Assembly: GCA_013239625.1 (NCBI GenBank)
Contig: MU056134.1
Span: forward strand, 3,174,477 to 3,238,476
Length of the DNA stretch: 64,000 nt
Origin: Lama guanicoe
Taxonomy: Eukaryota
Reading direction: 5' to 3'
Under the pieces are notes generated by a model. It saw nothing but the letters and a program-made list of their open reading frames with translations, made no database searches and was not told the origin of the DNA. The translations under genes were made by a program, and so were the position numbers. Below are positions 1-13,860 of the stretch, piece by piece; positions within the stretch are counted from its first letter, which is position 1, and the number at the start of each line of letters is the position of its first letter.

Positions 1-1128
1 AGTCGAGTGTATACAATTTGTGAATATTTTCTAATTCCTTTTTACAGAGCAGCTTTCCAACATCCACTCCCCACAGTTAGAGCAAATGAATAAGGAATAT
101 GAAGTCTGCAAAGGAACATGCTTTACAAATAAAATATCCGATTGCTAGAAGACAGCCACAATATATGCAGACATTAAAGTCCGGGGGAGGCTTCCTATAG
201 AAAGTAATCGACAAAGCCTGGGCAGCCACCCCCACCTACTTCCTAAGTTTCTTTTATGAGGCACCAAGAAAAACGAACAAGATATTTCCAGTTATTGAAT
301 TAGTAGAGCAGACCCAGGAAATGTTCCTTGGCTGGGTAAACGGACACGTATTCCCCCATCTCCACCCACCAAGTGCTGCCTGCCCGCCTGTGCTTCAGGT
401 CCTCTGTGCTGCACAGTTCTTTCTCTTGAAATCGCTCAAATAATTGAGAGAAAAAAGCTTCAGAAGGTTCTCTCCCTGACACATGCAAAGCATTAAGATT
501 ATGTCTGCTGTAATTCGAGGGACGGAGCTAAAAGCAGTGACCCCAGCACACTGTTGGCCAAGTGAGGCAAAGCTTGTTACGTGAGAAGTGTAACCAATAG
601 CTCACAAGTGAAAGACTGCGGACTTTGCAGACACAACACAAACAGCTACCCTACCGGTGAGAGCTAAGGGGATTAATTCCAGAGAACAGGATTCTGATCA
701 TTAAGGGTGAGCCTCCCAGCCGTGTCACTCCAGGAGTTACATAAGCCTGGGGATGCTCCTCCCAGCTGTCCCTTCACCAAACTGAAACCAAAATGTTATG
801 TAACCACCCTAACACACGGAGGCCCGAAGTTTTAGGGTTTTTTTTTTTAAAAAACAAAGCCATGAGGAAGAAAGAATTTACTGGGCAGACAAGATATTAG
901 GCTTGACACATAGTAAATTAAACCAAAACAAATTCTCACTTTTTGATGCTGGTAGGACATAGAGGAGGAATCGATACTGCTTTGGGATTATTTAAAATCA
1001 AGGATGGTCTCATTACCCTGAATCTTTAGCAAACTGACTTCATGGCTGCCAGCAAAGGCTTTGGGGATGCTGTCAATGAATAGTAACTGCACTGAGTGTG
1101 AATCAGACGAGAATAGGGGTGGTATCTA

Positions 1129-1281
<153 letters not shown>

Positions 1282-3497
1282 TCAAATGTCTGTGAGTAAT
1301 TGTGCAAAGATCCACAGGGGTCAGAATGGCTGCAGTCTTTAGGGACCAGCTAGGAAGGAGGGGGGAAGCTGTGGCGCGGTCAGAGGGGTCACACACTAGT
1401 TAGTAGCAGGTTCAGGACCAGGACCCACTCAGCTGACTGATTTTCACTATGGATTTTCCACAGCTTGGGCTCAACGACTTTTCACTTTGGTGGCCCAAAG
1501 TTCTTCTAGGCCACCCCTCACCTGTCGAGAGGTAGAATGTGTTCACCTTTACAAAATGTCATCAGGGGATAGTTACGCTGCAGGCAAACGCTATGTAAGA
1601 ACACCCAAACTGGATAGAAATCCATTTCGGGTTACTGCTCTAACAACTCTCCTGCTCCCTGGAGGACAGGAGGGGAGGGGGCTCCGTACTGCTTCGGAGT
1701 GGTTGTTGTTTCAACCCAGAAACCAACAGTAGGGTCCTAAGTGTTAACAAATGAACAAAAAGAGTGTTTTCTAAAAAGAAAAAGATCCAAATGATAAAAT
1801 GAACTGCTAACTGAGCATGAAGGCCACTGAATGAAGATCTGAGTTCACACAGAAGACCGTGAGGATGAAAACGCATCAGAGAGGGAGGTCAGTGCCGAAC
1901 ATGGTGGTTTGTATGGAAACTCAGAGCTCAAGAAACAGTTTCAGGCTTGAAGGAGAAAGGAGGGAGGAGAAGAGGCGGGAGGAGAAGGGAAGTGCTAGTC
2001 AGGCCCCCCGCAACGGTCTCCACCAGCCCCAGGAGCTGGACGCCTCCCACCAGCCATCCTCACAGAGCCAGACTGCCCTGAGCCCAAGGCACATATTTTA
2101 TCTTTGCTAAAAGCACCATAAAACAGTGTTCTTCCTTTTTTGGTCTCCACCCTGTTACTTTGGAATTAACTTTATGAAGTTTCTAGAAATAGCGAACAGC
2201 TCAAAACCACAATTTCTTTGGCTACTAGGCAGTGCCTGGCAACCTGCAGTTTTTTTTTTTTAAATGAGGGGATAGGCAGGACCTAAATCAGTCCAGTTTT
2301 TTTTTCCCCCTGTGGCATAGTTATAATTATCCCTTATTCCAAATACTTTCCAGGGTTTTTCCACTATCTTCAAAACTTTTAAAACCACTTTCACAGGTGG
2401 GTTTGTAGCCTCTTCAGTCACTTTCCAAGGGGGCTAGAAATGACAGAGATAAGGCTATTATTGGGGTAGCCTCCAAATCAGAATCAGGGCCATCTATCCA
2501 CAGTTGCCCAATGGACCATGGGAACCTACCCTGAATGTGAGCCCTGACAGGAGAGAAGAGAACATGCTTCTGTAAAACCGTACCTCCGAGGTCTTATGAC
2601 TCCACATAATGGGCCAGGCAGACAGACTCCCCTGGTGCCAGGTCACAAGACAGAGCTTCCCGAGCCTCGGCCCCCCTGTTCCTACCCTCCTCCTGGCAGC
2701 ATGTGGAGAGCATGGGTTCCCTCCTAAGCCACAGGATAATTCCTGGAGGGGAAGTTCCACCCCCGCCAGGGACAGTCACAGTCTTATTCTAGGTCTCCTA
2801 AGCATGCCAGTGATACAATGGTTCCAGCTCTGCCTGTCACTTCACCCACCCCTCCACTCCCTAACTCCATGTTCTTTACCAGATTTGAAATTGGGGTACC
2901 TGAAAAGACAATCAGAGCCTGTGATCAGTGCAGGAGAGAGTGTGAAGTACCAGACTGTGATCAGCAGACCCCCTTGCCCTCTTCTTCAATCCATTTCCAA
3001 AGTCACCTCTTGAGATAGTCTAGACTCAGCTGTGTCACCAGTGAGCTCCGTGTAATCCTAACGAAGTCATTTCCCCTACATGGGCCACAACTAAGATCAG
3101 TTGTGAAATAAGAGGTTGGGGATGGAGGTCTGGACCAGAACCAGATGCCTTTCAGTATCCTCTCCTGGTCTGATGATCCTATGACACTCGTCTTACAGTG
3201 CCAGCTGGCAACAGCATCCATCTGTATAGGTGACCACAAGTTGGATGTATAATTAATGCTGAAGCAGAATAATAAGCTTTTGCACACAGATGTTTCCATG
3301 TGTACCTTTGGAAGTGTCTCTCAGTGACTCAGATGAAAGAGCAACCATTTCCCTTATTGACATTAATGATGGTATCTACAAATCCAAAAACCATGATTCA
3401 TGTACTTTCGGGGGTAGGATGTGAACAGTAGTCTTTATAGTCTGCTGCCTGAGCAGGATCCTAGAAAGAAGTCAACATATTTAAAAGTATACGTCTT

Positions 3498-3651
3498 GAG
3501 GGGAGCGGGTAGCTCAGTGGTAGAGTGTGTGCTTAGCATGCACGAGGTCCTGAGTTCAATACCCAGCACCTCTGTTAAAACAAGTAAATAAATAAATAAA
3601 CCTAATTACCTCCCCCTCAAAACAAACAAAACCAAGAAATTAGGGAAAAAA
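3498..3651 (+). mobile_element. Vic-1-type camelid tRNA-derived SINE
   Basis: A box TAGCTCAGTGG, B box GAGTTCAATACC, (TAAA)n, A tail; TSD aaaagtatacgtctt (3483-3497) / aaaagtacacatctt (3652-3666). Confidence 0.85.
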
Positions 3652-5379
3652 AAAAGTACACATCTTCGGCCTCACCCCCGTGTACTCCTTCCTCCTGTAA
3701 CAATGAACACAAAGTTCCTACGGTAGAGAGATGGATCGACAGACTCTGTTAGCAGAGCATGTAAATGAGTTCAGCCACCATGATCTCCTAGTCATCCTTA
3801 TGAAAATCAATCTACAACTAAGAGAAGAGGGAGAATAAAAATTCCTCCTGGCATCCAGACCAACGCAGCCTGGTTGGCTGGTGACGACTCAGCGTTGCCC
3901 ACTTCTCAGGAATGGAAGATTCACTGAGCTGACGAGTAAAAAAGGTCAACCAACTGCTCCTGGCACCCTCCATGGGTCAATCATGTGACCACAGGTTGTC
4001 CAAAGGTGCCTTTCCCTAAATGCGCTGTCAGATTTCATAAAGGGGACAGCAAACCATGAAAACCATCTAGACATTTATAGATAAAATAACCTTGATCCTT
4101 CCAATACCTTGTGAATGACAGTCCCAAAGAAAATACCCTCAACTGTTCGCAATAAACTGACTTCCCAAAATACAGAGCCTGTACTGGGCAGAATGGTTAG
4201 TCAGTCACATTAGTCAGATGCTCCGTTTCCAGACAAACAGGCTCTATAAAGAATATTAACCCAGAATCTCTGAGTGACTCAGTGGGACACTGAGATCAAG
4301 CAAATCCTTCACATTTTTGAAATCCTTACTTTTGAAACTCAAGTTCTTTCAGAAAGAACCTGTCATAGTCATCCAGCCAGCCAGGCCTTTTCATCCTGAT
4401 TTTAGTTTCTTTTATCACTTCGCCATGTGATTCCCCTCAACTTGCCAAGTATCTCTCATGTATAAGGGGTTAGAAATAGCCCTGAAGGATGTGTTTCAGT
4501 CCAAAGGTTTCAGGGGGTTCAAGAGAATGCAGGAATCTTCTAATCTTTCTCAGGAAATATTGACTGATTACTAAGATGCATTTGTTTTCATGGATATTCT
4601 TAAGCCAGGAGGATTTGAAATGTAAAGATGACATTAAAGAAAAAAAAATCTTTACTTCAACGCTACATTAACGTGTAAGTATTTTCCAGAAGGGCAGTTG
4701 GAAGAAATAGCTATATTCAAATCAAAGTCCATGACCTTCATATTTCAAATGTACAGGCACAGCTTTCAGGACACAATCTTTCCTATGACTTTCACAGTTT
4801 ACAGACAGCGAGCTATTAAGTCAGAGAAACCGAAGCAGTGTACAGGGTGTAACTCTCCCGCCCTCCCCCTCCCCCCAAACAAACAAGCTATTTCTATCAC
4901 TTCCAGATGGTTCTACCATCACTATGTAAACATGAGAGGAAAATTCACCAGAAATGATGCTAAAAATAAGAAGTCTGGACTTTCCTCAGACTTTTAGTAC
5001 CTCTTGAGAAATAATTGTAGTCAGGCACTGAAAACAAGAGAAGATCTCTTCTCTTCTGCTATTTTTCATGTTACTTAATAGCCCGCATTCTCTATTAATC
5101 AACACACACTTTTTTTTTGCAAATGGAAGTTGTGAAATGAACTAAAAGAAAAGCAAATCCTCCCGTGTGCGCAGCAATCCTACACGATAAGGAATGGCTA
5201 GGGCACCAAACTATCTTGATAGAATGCTCTATTTTTCCCTTTTTAAAGGGAATGTCATTGCAACAGTGACCACAAAATTCCTTCAAATTTATAAAACCAC
5301 CTCTTCAAAAAAAACGTTAAAAAGCAAATAACCCTAAAAGACTGCGTTCTTTTGTTTGTTTTATGAATCAAATTCAGTT

Positions 5380-6045
5380 CTGCCACATCCTTGCCATCAA
5401 CGATGCCCATCCCACACAATCTTCTGGTAACTAACCCTTCAACACGTCTCCTTGACCTCATGGTCACTGTCTGGTTTGGTCTTTGTCTTTTCTAATCCAG
5501 AACATAATCTCAGTCTCCAGGCTCTTGTACCTACTAGAATCCACAAATCTTTTACAAAATACATATGAGATCAGGCCTCTCCCTGCTTAAAATCTCTCAT
5601 CATCCACAAAATGAAGAACAGATTCCTTATCAAAGTGGCTAAAACCTGACCCTGCCTAACTCTGTTACAGTCTTTCACCTTCCACTGTCTCCCCATGTTC
5701 CATGATATTTTCTCTCTTCTATTTCCCTCCCACCTCTTCTTGTCTTGGTGCTAAGATCCTACCCATTCTTTTAAGATCAGATTAAAATTGAATTCCTCTC
5801 TGACCTCCCCCCTTGGCCCCTGAGACCTGCTATGCCTGTACAGCAGAGACCAGTTTTATTATATCCATACTATACTGGAATTCTCTTAGTATTTCCCTTC
5901 TCTACACAAAAATGGTGAACTCCTTGAGGGCAGAGAGTATTTATTTCTTGTTTTTGTGCTCTCAGTATGCCAGCACCGGACCAGGATACAGAAATTGAAC
6001 GGTAAAGGTCTCTCAGGTAAACGAAGGAATGAAGACATGAATGGG
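5380..6045 (+). mobile_element. L2 fragments (3' end)
   Basis: Pyrimidine-rich L2 body, 'gaactccttgagggcagagag', degenerate gaatgaa tail; boundaries approximate. Confidence 0.55.
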
Positions 6046-6949
6046 AAATGACTAACGCTGGGTTATCAGGAGGGTAACAGAGGTGCTGCTGCACTCCCGC
6101 CCCACTATCCACTGACAGCAAGTCTGCTTCTCCACCCGAGCTTCCTTCTTTCTTGCAGCTCATAAAGCTCTGTTCGTCTGCTCTCTTGGCCACTTCCTAC
6201 CCTCAGTGTGACACGGCGATCAGCCAGCTCTAAGTGTGAGGGGTTAGGGGCAATGAGGGAAGGGTGGTGATTTCCCTAGCATCCTGCCCAGCTCTGCTCC
6301 GACATTCCTGAACAGGGCTCTGGCATTTCCACTGTTGGATGGCACATGGAGAACGTGATGTATGCTCTCCCTTTCCCGCCCCAGATCCTCAGAAGCAATG
6401 AAACAATTTTAATAAGAATCCAGAACCAGGCAAGAAAAGAAGTGGCTGACTAAGAACTCCAGGAGGACAGGACTGAAGAAGGACACCCCTGCCTCAAGTG
6501 GCTTCTCAAAGACGATAGACATAAGGCGAGCCAATACCAAGGTGGGGGGGCACCCTGGGCAATGAAGCTGGGGTCCAGGTCTGCACTCTGGCCTTGAACA
6601 CCTGGGTCAGGGTGGGTGTGGGTCTGAGAAGCCCAGCAGTGGCCAGAGGGCTGACAATATCCAGGCGGATCGGGGAGCCCACAGGTCCAGAAGATGAGCC
6701 ACCAGCATATCCACCCGGCAGCTCCCCGCTCCAGCCCCACGGGCTTGGGAAGAGCTGTGGGCGGCACACCCAGCTGAGCGGCGCCTGCCTTGCAAGTGCA
6801 TGGCAGCGAAAGCGCATCCCTGACCAGACTGGCAGGAGCTCACAGCCAAAAAGGCGCTTTCAGCTAAAAATCCCCGAATACTGCAAGAGTGCTAACGCCA
6901 AGCAAAAGAGTCACCACGCTCAACGGAAGACCCTACATGAGAGAACAGA

Positions 6950-7260
6950 GACATGGAACAGACAACTCAGAGCTTTGAAACACATATAATTTATACTCAC
7001 TGAGAAATTTAAGAGGATACTATGCCCATGAAAAAAGATTGACAAGACTCCCTGAAGAGTAAGGTGGATCATTGAGATAAAAACTCAACAGCTGGGCCGA
7101 ATAACAGAATGGGCACGACTGAGAAATAAAACAGGAAGGCTGAGTTGAGGAATTCAGCTTAACACAACAGAAAGATACAAAGGATAGAAGAAAAATTAAG
7201 AAACATGGCAGCAGGCCTAGAAGTTCCAATGTTCAGGTACTGGGAATTCCACAAGAAACA
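6950..7260 (+). mobile_element. Degenerate ancient L1/HAL1 ORF1 fragment
   Basis: Broken frames give NNRMGTTEK and EKLRNM...RSSNVQVLGIPQE, resembling the ORF1p coiled-coil/RRM junction (R.NIRIIGVPE). Confidence 0.6.
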
Positions 7261-7279
7261 TTTCACATGTTTTCAGGCT

Positions 7280-7800
7280 CATTCATGTTGTACCATTCAA
7301 CAGAATTTCAGAACCTATCATCCAGAAACGATCCCAGAGAAATACATGCAGATGTGCAAAGGGGAGTGTATTCTAAAAGTCAGAAGCCAACAGTCTAATG
7401 ATACGAAAATGGTTAAATAACCTGTGGTATGGTATACCTCAGAATTCTGTGCATCAGTGAAAAAGAATGAGATAGGTCTATATGCACTGATGTGGGAAAA
7501 TCTCTAAAATACATTGCTAAATTAAAAAGAAAGTTTCAGAATGAAGCATATGGTATGAAATCATGTATTCAAAACAACACAAAGCAAAATAAACCCAGAA
7601 ACTGAAAACTATACATTTATGTAAATGCACAGAAAAAAAAATCTGGAGGATAAGCAGGAAATGGCTAACAGTAACGCCCTCCACGGGTAGCACTGGCATG
7701 TGAGGTACCACTGAAGAGTACTTATGTTTCATCTGTATATTGACTTTTTTAAATAAAGAAATTGTACGTGTGTATTACTTATATAATTAAAAATAAAGAA
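7280..7800 (+). mobile_element. Old L1 (L1ME-like) 3' region
   Basis: Motifs aatggttaaataacctgtggtat and aaaaagaatgagataggtcta, A-rich end. Confidence 0.6.
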
Positions 7801-8146
7801 ACTGAGAAAAAAAGAAGCCTGTAGCAATCAGGCCACATAAGAAGGCAGAATGGAAAACGATGGCTCCTGCTGAACACTGGCCCCTTCGTTTCTTCTCTGT
7901 TGCAATAAAGGTTAAGATCTGCCAACTGTGACTGTCTCTGTCTTCTTAGTATTTTCCCTGCTGCTACTTCTAACAGAAAAGGCATTAAATTCCCCACCCC
8001 CTCATCTTCCTTCAGATCCTCATCTTCCTTCTCTTCAAGCATCTGCCTTTCTTGTTATTGGCTCTGAATCTGGATTTAAAACTCAACAGAACAGGAAGAA
8101 CAAATTTAAAGAGGCTAAGTCACTATTTTGTCGCATCTGAAGTTCT

Positions 8147-8621
8147 AGTGGCAGACTGAATTTTCCAAAGACTGCCACAGCAGTGTATCTCAGCCCGCGG
8201 GTCTTTTTACCAGCATGACTTAGACATTCCTCTCATTAGGGGTAGGGGAGACTACGTTCCTTCCTCTTGAATCTTGACAGCCCTGTGACTATAGGAGTGA
8301 CACTATGTGACTTCTAGGACCTGGTTCTCTTGGGATGCTCATTCTTGGGCCACAGGCATCTCATCAGGAGGAAGCCCATGCAGCCCATGGAGGATACCCC
8401 AGCTGCGCTCCCAGCCGACAGTGAGCGCTAACGTGCCACCCACCCACAACAGTAAGCCAGCGGATCCTCCAGCCCCAACTCGAGCTGCTCCAGCTGACGC
8501 TGCATAGAGCAGAGACGAGCCGTTCCCACGGCCATGCCAAACTACATGAGTAAAATAACTGCTGCTGCTAGCCACTAGGTCTTGGGTCTTGTTGGTTAGC
8601 AGGAAACAGACAACTAGAACA
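8147..8621 (+). mobile_element. MaLR (MLT1-type) solo LTR
   Basis: Start gtggcagactgaattttccaaag; characteristic end agccactaggtcttggg...gttagcaggaaacagacaactagaaca. Confidence 0.75.
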
Positions 8622-8912
8622 GCTTCTACTACAAAAGTGGACAGCTGAGAGTTGTCCACATATACAACTCATCGGCTGCCACTCTAGGGAGCCAGGCCAG
8701 CAACTAACATAGGCAGCTTTAGAAGACATGGTAAGCAGTTGGTAAGGGTACAGCAGAGGGGGTGTCTGCAACAGGTAGAGTCAGATCAGGCGACATCTGA
8801 GGTTCCTTACCACAGTAAGATTCTACAGTGACCATGCTGAGCTGAGTGCTGGAGCGCTGCCCGGCACCATCTTTCCTTACAAAGGAAGATCATTTTCTCC
8901 AATGACATTTTA

Positions 8913-9071
<159 letters not shown>

Positions 9072-10665
9072 CTAAAGATACAAGATACAGACACGGAACA
9101 ACCTATTCTGGGCTCTAAAACAGACACCAACTCAATTTGGTAAGTGTTTGCTAAGCACTGAATATATATGGTACTGTGTACTGGGAGAGGAAAAAAAATA
9201 AGACCTGGTTCAAATCCTTAAGAGGATATCAGCTAGTAAGGAAGAGTACACATCTAACTAACACCAAGCAAGATGAACTCAGTTCTTACCAGAAGTCCAA
9301 GCTACATGCCATGGGAGGTGCAATAGAATGTGTAAGTGATGGATTCTCATTGGGTGGGGAGAGAGGAAATCGGGGGGACCATGGATTTGGGATTTGGATT
9401 GGGTATTATGGAATCAGTGGGCTTTTGACAGGTAACAGGGGTAGGGATGTCATTATTTGAGAGTTACAGGACTTGCGCAAACCAAACATCTTCCCAGGTT
9501 ACAACAAAGAGCATTTATATGCAATCTATTAGCTGTAGATTTTGAGCCAATGTTAAGCAACTCTGTGTCAAGTATGTTTAGCTTCCCTACTGCTAAGGTT
9601 AATGAGGCTTAAATAAAATGATGCTGATAAAGTCAACAGTTACACACAGCAAGGAAGGAACAAATTATTAGACCTAAATTTTTCATTAGGGTTGGGTTTT
9701 TTAATTAACTGTATAGTTTATGACTTCCCTGAAGAGGCATTTAAAAAGATAGGATCAAGTTCAAGCCAAGGTGTTGTGTTGCTACCACTGCCTGGTCTGC
9801 TAGTTGGGTGGAGAACACTGAGCACCTGAGGAAAGGGACAAGGACACTGCTCTTCCTGTCTCCCGCTGGCCTGCCCACCTCTGATCACTACTCGCAGGAG
9901 AATGGACCAGGTTTCGCTGAAGCTCCTGCGATGTCTCGGGGAGATGAGGCAGGAATCTGTCCTCTAATCCCCTGACTTCAAATCCTGTATCTCAATTTCC
10001 CTGAAGGTGCTCTTTCTCTGTTCATTCGTGAGATTACACTGAGACTTGGACGGGGGATTCTCAGCCTGAGAGGGACCACAGAATTGAGCAAGAATGTCAG
10101 AATCTTGCTAGTAAAAGAGGCGTTTGGACTGCTTCTGTGAGGTAAGTAAGCAGCTCTTCCTTTTAACACTGTTCCTAATGTTCTCATGTACCATTCCCTA
10201 TAGGTCCTCTACAAGCAAAACAGGGAACTACTGTCTTTGAAAAAGTGGGTTGAATGATAGGCCTGTTTCCATGTGGCACATTCAACAGTGGTGCAACTCC
10301 GCCCAACACAAGCAGCAACATTTGCCAAGGCAGAGACTGTGGGGGTGATTAGGGCCCCACATCACCTCGTCGGCCTGCACAATAGAGCTCTACCATGCGT
10401 AAATGATCCGTATCCTTGGACTCATTCTCCAATGCTTTCTCCTTTAGACTCACCTGCCCCTCACTTCAAAGTCTCAGGTGTCTGTCACACACTGAGCACC
10501 AGAGGGCCCAAAGTCAAAGCGGTGACTAAACATTTAAGACCGATTTGCAGAATGCAGGGCAGGATGGTGAGACTTTCCAGGCTGAGAAGTAAATAGACCT
10601 AGGCTGCTGCTCTCTCTGTGACACAGTCACTTCCCCTGGACCCACAAGAGAACGAGACATGCTTA

Positions 10666-10782
<117 letters not shown>

Positions 10783-11198
10783 CTAAATATTGAAAAACCA
10801 CAGGAGGAAAAGGAGGACAGTTAAGAAAAACGTAAACCCATCTGCAAGTGGCCTCACAAGAAAATAATGCAAATGAAGTGAGGAAAAGACATGTCAGGTG
10901 AGCCCTAGGAGAAAACAGGTGTTCCCCCAGTACATACTCAAAATGATTTCCAATCAGCCTGTTTAAGTTTAATTTGGCATTTCTTCAGCAGACAGACTTT
11001 ACTTAGGGTTACAAAATCGTCAGCTGTGAGAATGAAATGAACTTTACTCTTTACCCCAAGTGGAATGATCCAAACAGCAATTTAGAGGGTCGTACAGGGT
11101 CCAGGAGCCAAGTGCATCATGTCTTCTCTTGAACAAGGTCAGAGAAGTATGCCTTCCAGCACTGGGGCTACTAGGTTCGCTTCAAAATGGACAGCATT

Positions 11199-11290
11199 GG
11201 GGGTGGGGGTATGGTTCAGTGGTAGAGTGTGTGCTAGCATGCACGAGGTCCTGGGTTTAAGCCCCAGCAACTCTAGTAAGAAAAAAAAAA
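11199..11290 (+). mobile_element. Vic-1-type SINE (short form)
   Basis: tRNA-like head and A tail; degenerate TSD ggacagcatt/ggacagtact. Confidence 0.8.
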
Positions 11291-11402
11291 GGACAGTACT
11301 GGTCAGCTAATACTATTGAGATGGTCTTTATTCATGGTATTAAAGTTTTCTGCCCAGTCTCCAGTAAAGAACGACTTCTCAAATGTCAAGAAGACTAAAA
11401 TG

Positions 11403-11687
11403 CACAGACTTAGAAAACATGGTTACTAGGTGGGGCAAGGGGGTGGCAAGGGATAAACTGGGAGTTCAAGATGTGCAGATACTAACTACTAAATATAAAA
11501 CAGATAACACGTTTCTATTGTACAGCACAGGGAACCATATTCAATATCTTGTAGTAACCTATAATGAAAAACAACATGAAAGGAATATATATATATGTAT
11601 ATGTGTGACTGAAACATGATGCTATACACCAGAAACTGATACAACATTGTAAACTGACTACACTTCAATAAAAAAAGAAAAAAAAAG
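11403..11687 (+). mobile_element. Artiodactyl/camelid L1 3' end
   Basis: agcacagggaaccatattcaatatcttgtagtaacctataatg ... acaacattgtaaactgactacacttcaataaaaaa. Confidence 0.85.
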
Positions 11688-12431
11688 AGTGATCTGTAAC
11701 TCCTCTAACATCAGTTTAACGGGTAATGTAAGAGGAGAGGCACAGTCTTCAGGGAGACAGAAGGCAATCGGAGGAGTAAAATTCTAAATGTTGACCCACC
11801 AGGTCCAAGACAAAGGAACTCCATAGCTGGGAATGTAAGCATATTTCAGTCACTAGAAAAGTACATTCAGCAGTGAGCGGGGGAACAATCCTCCAACTCT
11901 GGTAATGCCTAGGTGGACTCTTCCACTAAACTGTCTGCGTCCACGCTGACCAAGCTACGGTCTAAAAAGCAATTTGGCTTCCCAGGTTCCCAGAGGGAAT
12001 GGGGTGCCCTGGAAACTGGGCACAAACATTCTAGTCACTAGAAAGACAGATCTCTCATTAAAAGTGGAAAAACCCTCTAGTGAGTGACCTGGGTTTTTAG
12101 AGCCCGATCACCTGGATGGAGTCATGAAGATTACGACCTGCACAGCTCAGTTCCACACCCACAAACCTGCTAGGCTGACTTGGATCTTAGTAGAAAAAGC
12201 CTCTTTCATGGGGACTTGCCCCATGAAGCCTGCTCTTTCTCCATAACCCTCGGGCCACCAAAGTATCTTTATTTCTATTGTGGGGGTGGGGAGCGTGGGG
12301 TTAAGAACCTACCACCTCTTGACTGAATAACCAACTGAACTTTGGGAAAAAGCAGATCAGGAGTGGTATAATAAACTACATATGGGCGTTATTACAGGCC
12401 CTATAATCTGATCACTCCCTCACAAGGCTGA

Positions 12432-12523
12432 AATCATTCTCTTTCCCAGTGAAAAATCCCTGTGCCATCCCCTGGGTAATCATTCTCTTTCCCAGTGAAA
12501 AATCCCTGTGCCATCCCCTGGGT
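12432..12523. repeat. Perfect 46-bp tandem duplication
   Basis: aatcattctctttcccagtgaaaaatccctgtgccatcccctgggt x2. Confidence 0.95.
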
Positions 12524-12924
12524 TCCTTAGCTCCAGTGCTAATATCAAGGGGTCTTTAACTACTGTGTTAAAAGCCAGTCACTCCGCTCATTCCTGCGTG
12601 GTTAGTCATTAAATTCTGAATATTCTTCCTCCGCCCCACTAGCTCCCTTCTGCTCCTCCTTCAGGTCCCTGTGGCTCCGCACCGGAGCTGACTGGTCTCT
12701 TCACTCCCAGTGTCCCCCATCCCTCCCCATCACATAGCCTGCGCTTCTCCAGACACACTCAACTTTTTGTTACCCCCCTAAACCAAACCCTTAATGGCAG
12801 CTCACACAAGGGGTGCTCAGGCCAAAGGTACATGAGACTGTTCTGCAAAACTAAACACTGGTAGTTAATTTACCTTAACTCTTATCCCTGGGCAGCCAAA
12901 AAATCACAGAACTCAACATGGCAG

Positions 12925-13140
12925 GTTTGGGTGTCAGAGAGTTCTAGGGTTGAATTCCGGCTCTTCTGCTCCCAACTCGGTGTCCCAGATCAAGCTGCTT
13001 AGCCTCACTGAGTCTCAGTTTCCTCACTGATAAAATGGGCGTTCATAAAAATAATAATGATAATAAAACCTAGTTCATAAGGCTGCTGTGAGGGCTAAAT
13101 TCGTTCACTTGTATAAAGGAACGGGTACAGGGCTGGGCAC
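12925..13140 (+). mobile_element. MIR
   Basis: Core motif gcctcactgagtctcagtttcctcactgataaaatggg. Confidence 0.7.
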
Positions 13141-13689
13141 GCTGAAAGAGTCCACAGACATCAGTTCTCTTCACCCTGCTTCCTCTTGCCTTTAGCAAAG
13201 TACCGTCCAGGAAAGCAGGCTGCTGGAAAAGAAAACATCTCATGACGTCAGCAGCAGTCTCCTCAAACTGCCACTGCATCCCCACAGGGCTAGAAGAGGG
13301 AGTGCAGTACAGAACAGCAGATCAGCATCATGAGGAAACCTAGGAGTAAGAAATCTGAGCCCAAGAAACGCTGGCAGAAGTCACATCTGACTGTGGCACC
13401 GAGCATCGCGCTTTAGTGGTCCATGGGTGGTGCTGAGTGTAGTGCCTCCCCGGGGAAAGGAGCACAAGTCCAAATCCCTCTCTGACGACACATCACCTCC
13501 TCTCAAAGGCTATTTAACTCTGGGATGAAGCACAAGTATTCATTCTGTTTTCCTTTGATGGAAGAGTTCTCCTCCTTTGACCCTAGTTTGGTAGTGACAT
13601 CCCTAACGCCACCTGCCTGGGAGGAGCAGGAAGAGCTAAAGGTAAGAACAGCTATGACGGACACTCAGCCAGTGCCTGCCTGTGTGCTG

Positions 13690-13860
13690 GGGTTATCTCA
13701 CCGAATCCCCACAATTCCACAATGTACACACGACCATGATCCCCACTGCACGGTGAGGAAACTGAGGTACAGAGGCGTTAAATAACTTGTTTAAGGTCCA
13801 CGGTCAGTAAGTGGAGGGGGTGGATCTGAAGGCAGGCAGTCTGACCTCGGAGGCCGTGCT
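13690..13860 (-). mobile_element. MIR
   Basis: gtgaggaaactgaggtacagaggcgttaaataacttg (reverse core). Confidence 0.65.

Noticed and set aside
300-488. 62-aa minus ORF that looks protein-like (EAFFSQLFERFQEKEL)
   Set aside because: Lies in intron 8 and does not match the next VPS53 residues as recalled (RPGGPSNVLRDACL...); no convincing exon structure.
3498-3575. tRNA-like sequences with A/B boxes (also at 11199, 48652 and others)
   Set aside because: They have AT-rich tails, TSDs and many diverged copies, so they are SINEs rather than tRNA genes.
6450-6989. Cluster of overlapping ORFs in a GC-rich patch
   Set aside because: Directly precedes the degenerate L1/HAL1 ORF1 and is probably its 5' region; no coding signature.
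12205-12227. 9-bp inverted repeat TTCATGGGG...CCCCATGAA
   Set aside because: Expected by chance in 64 kb.
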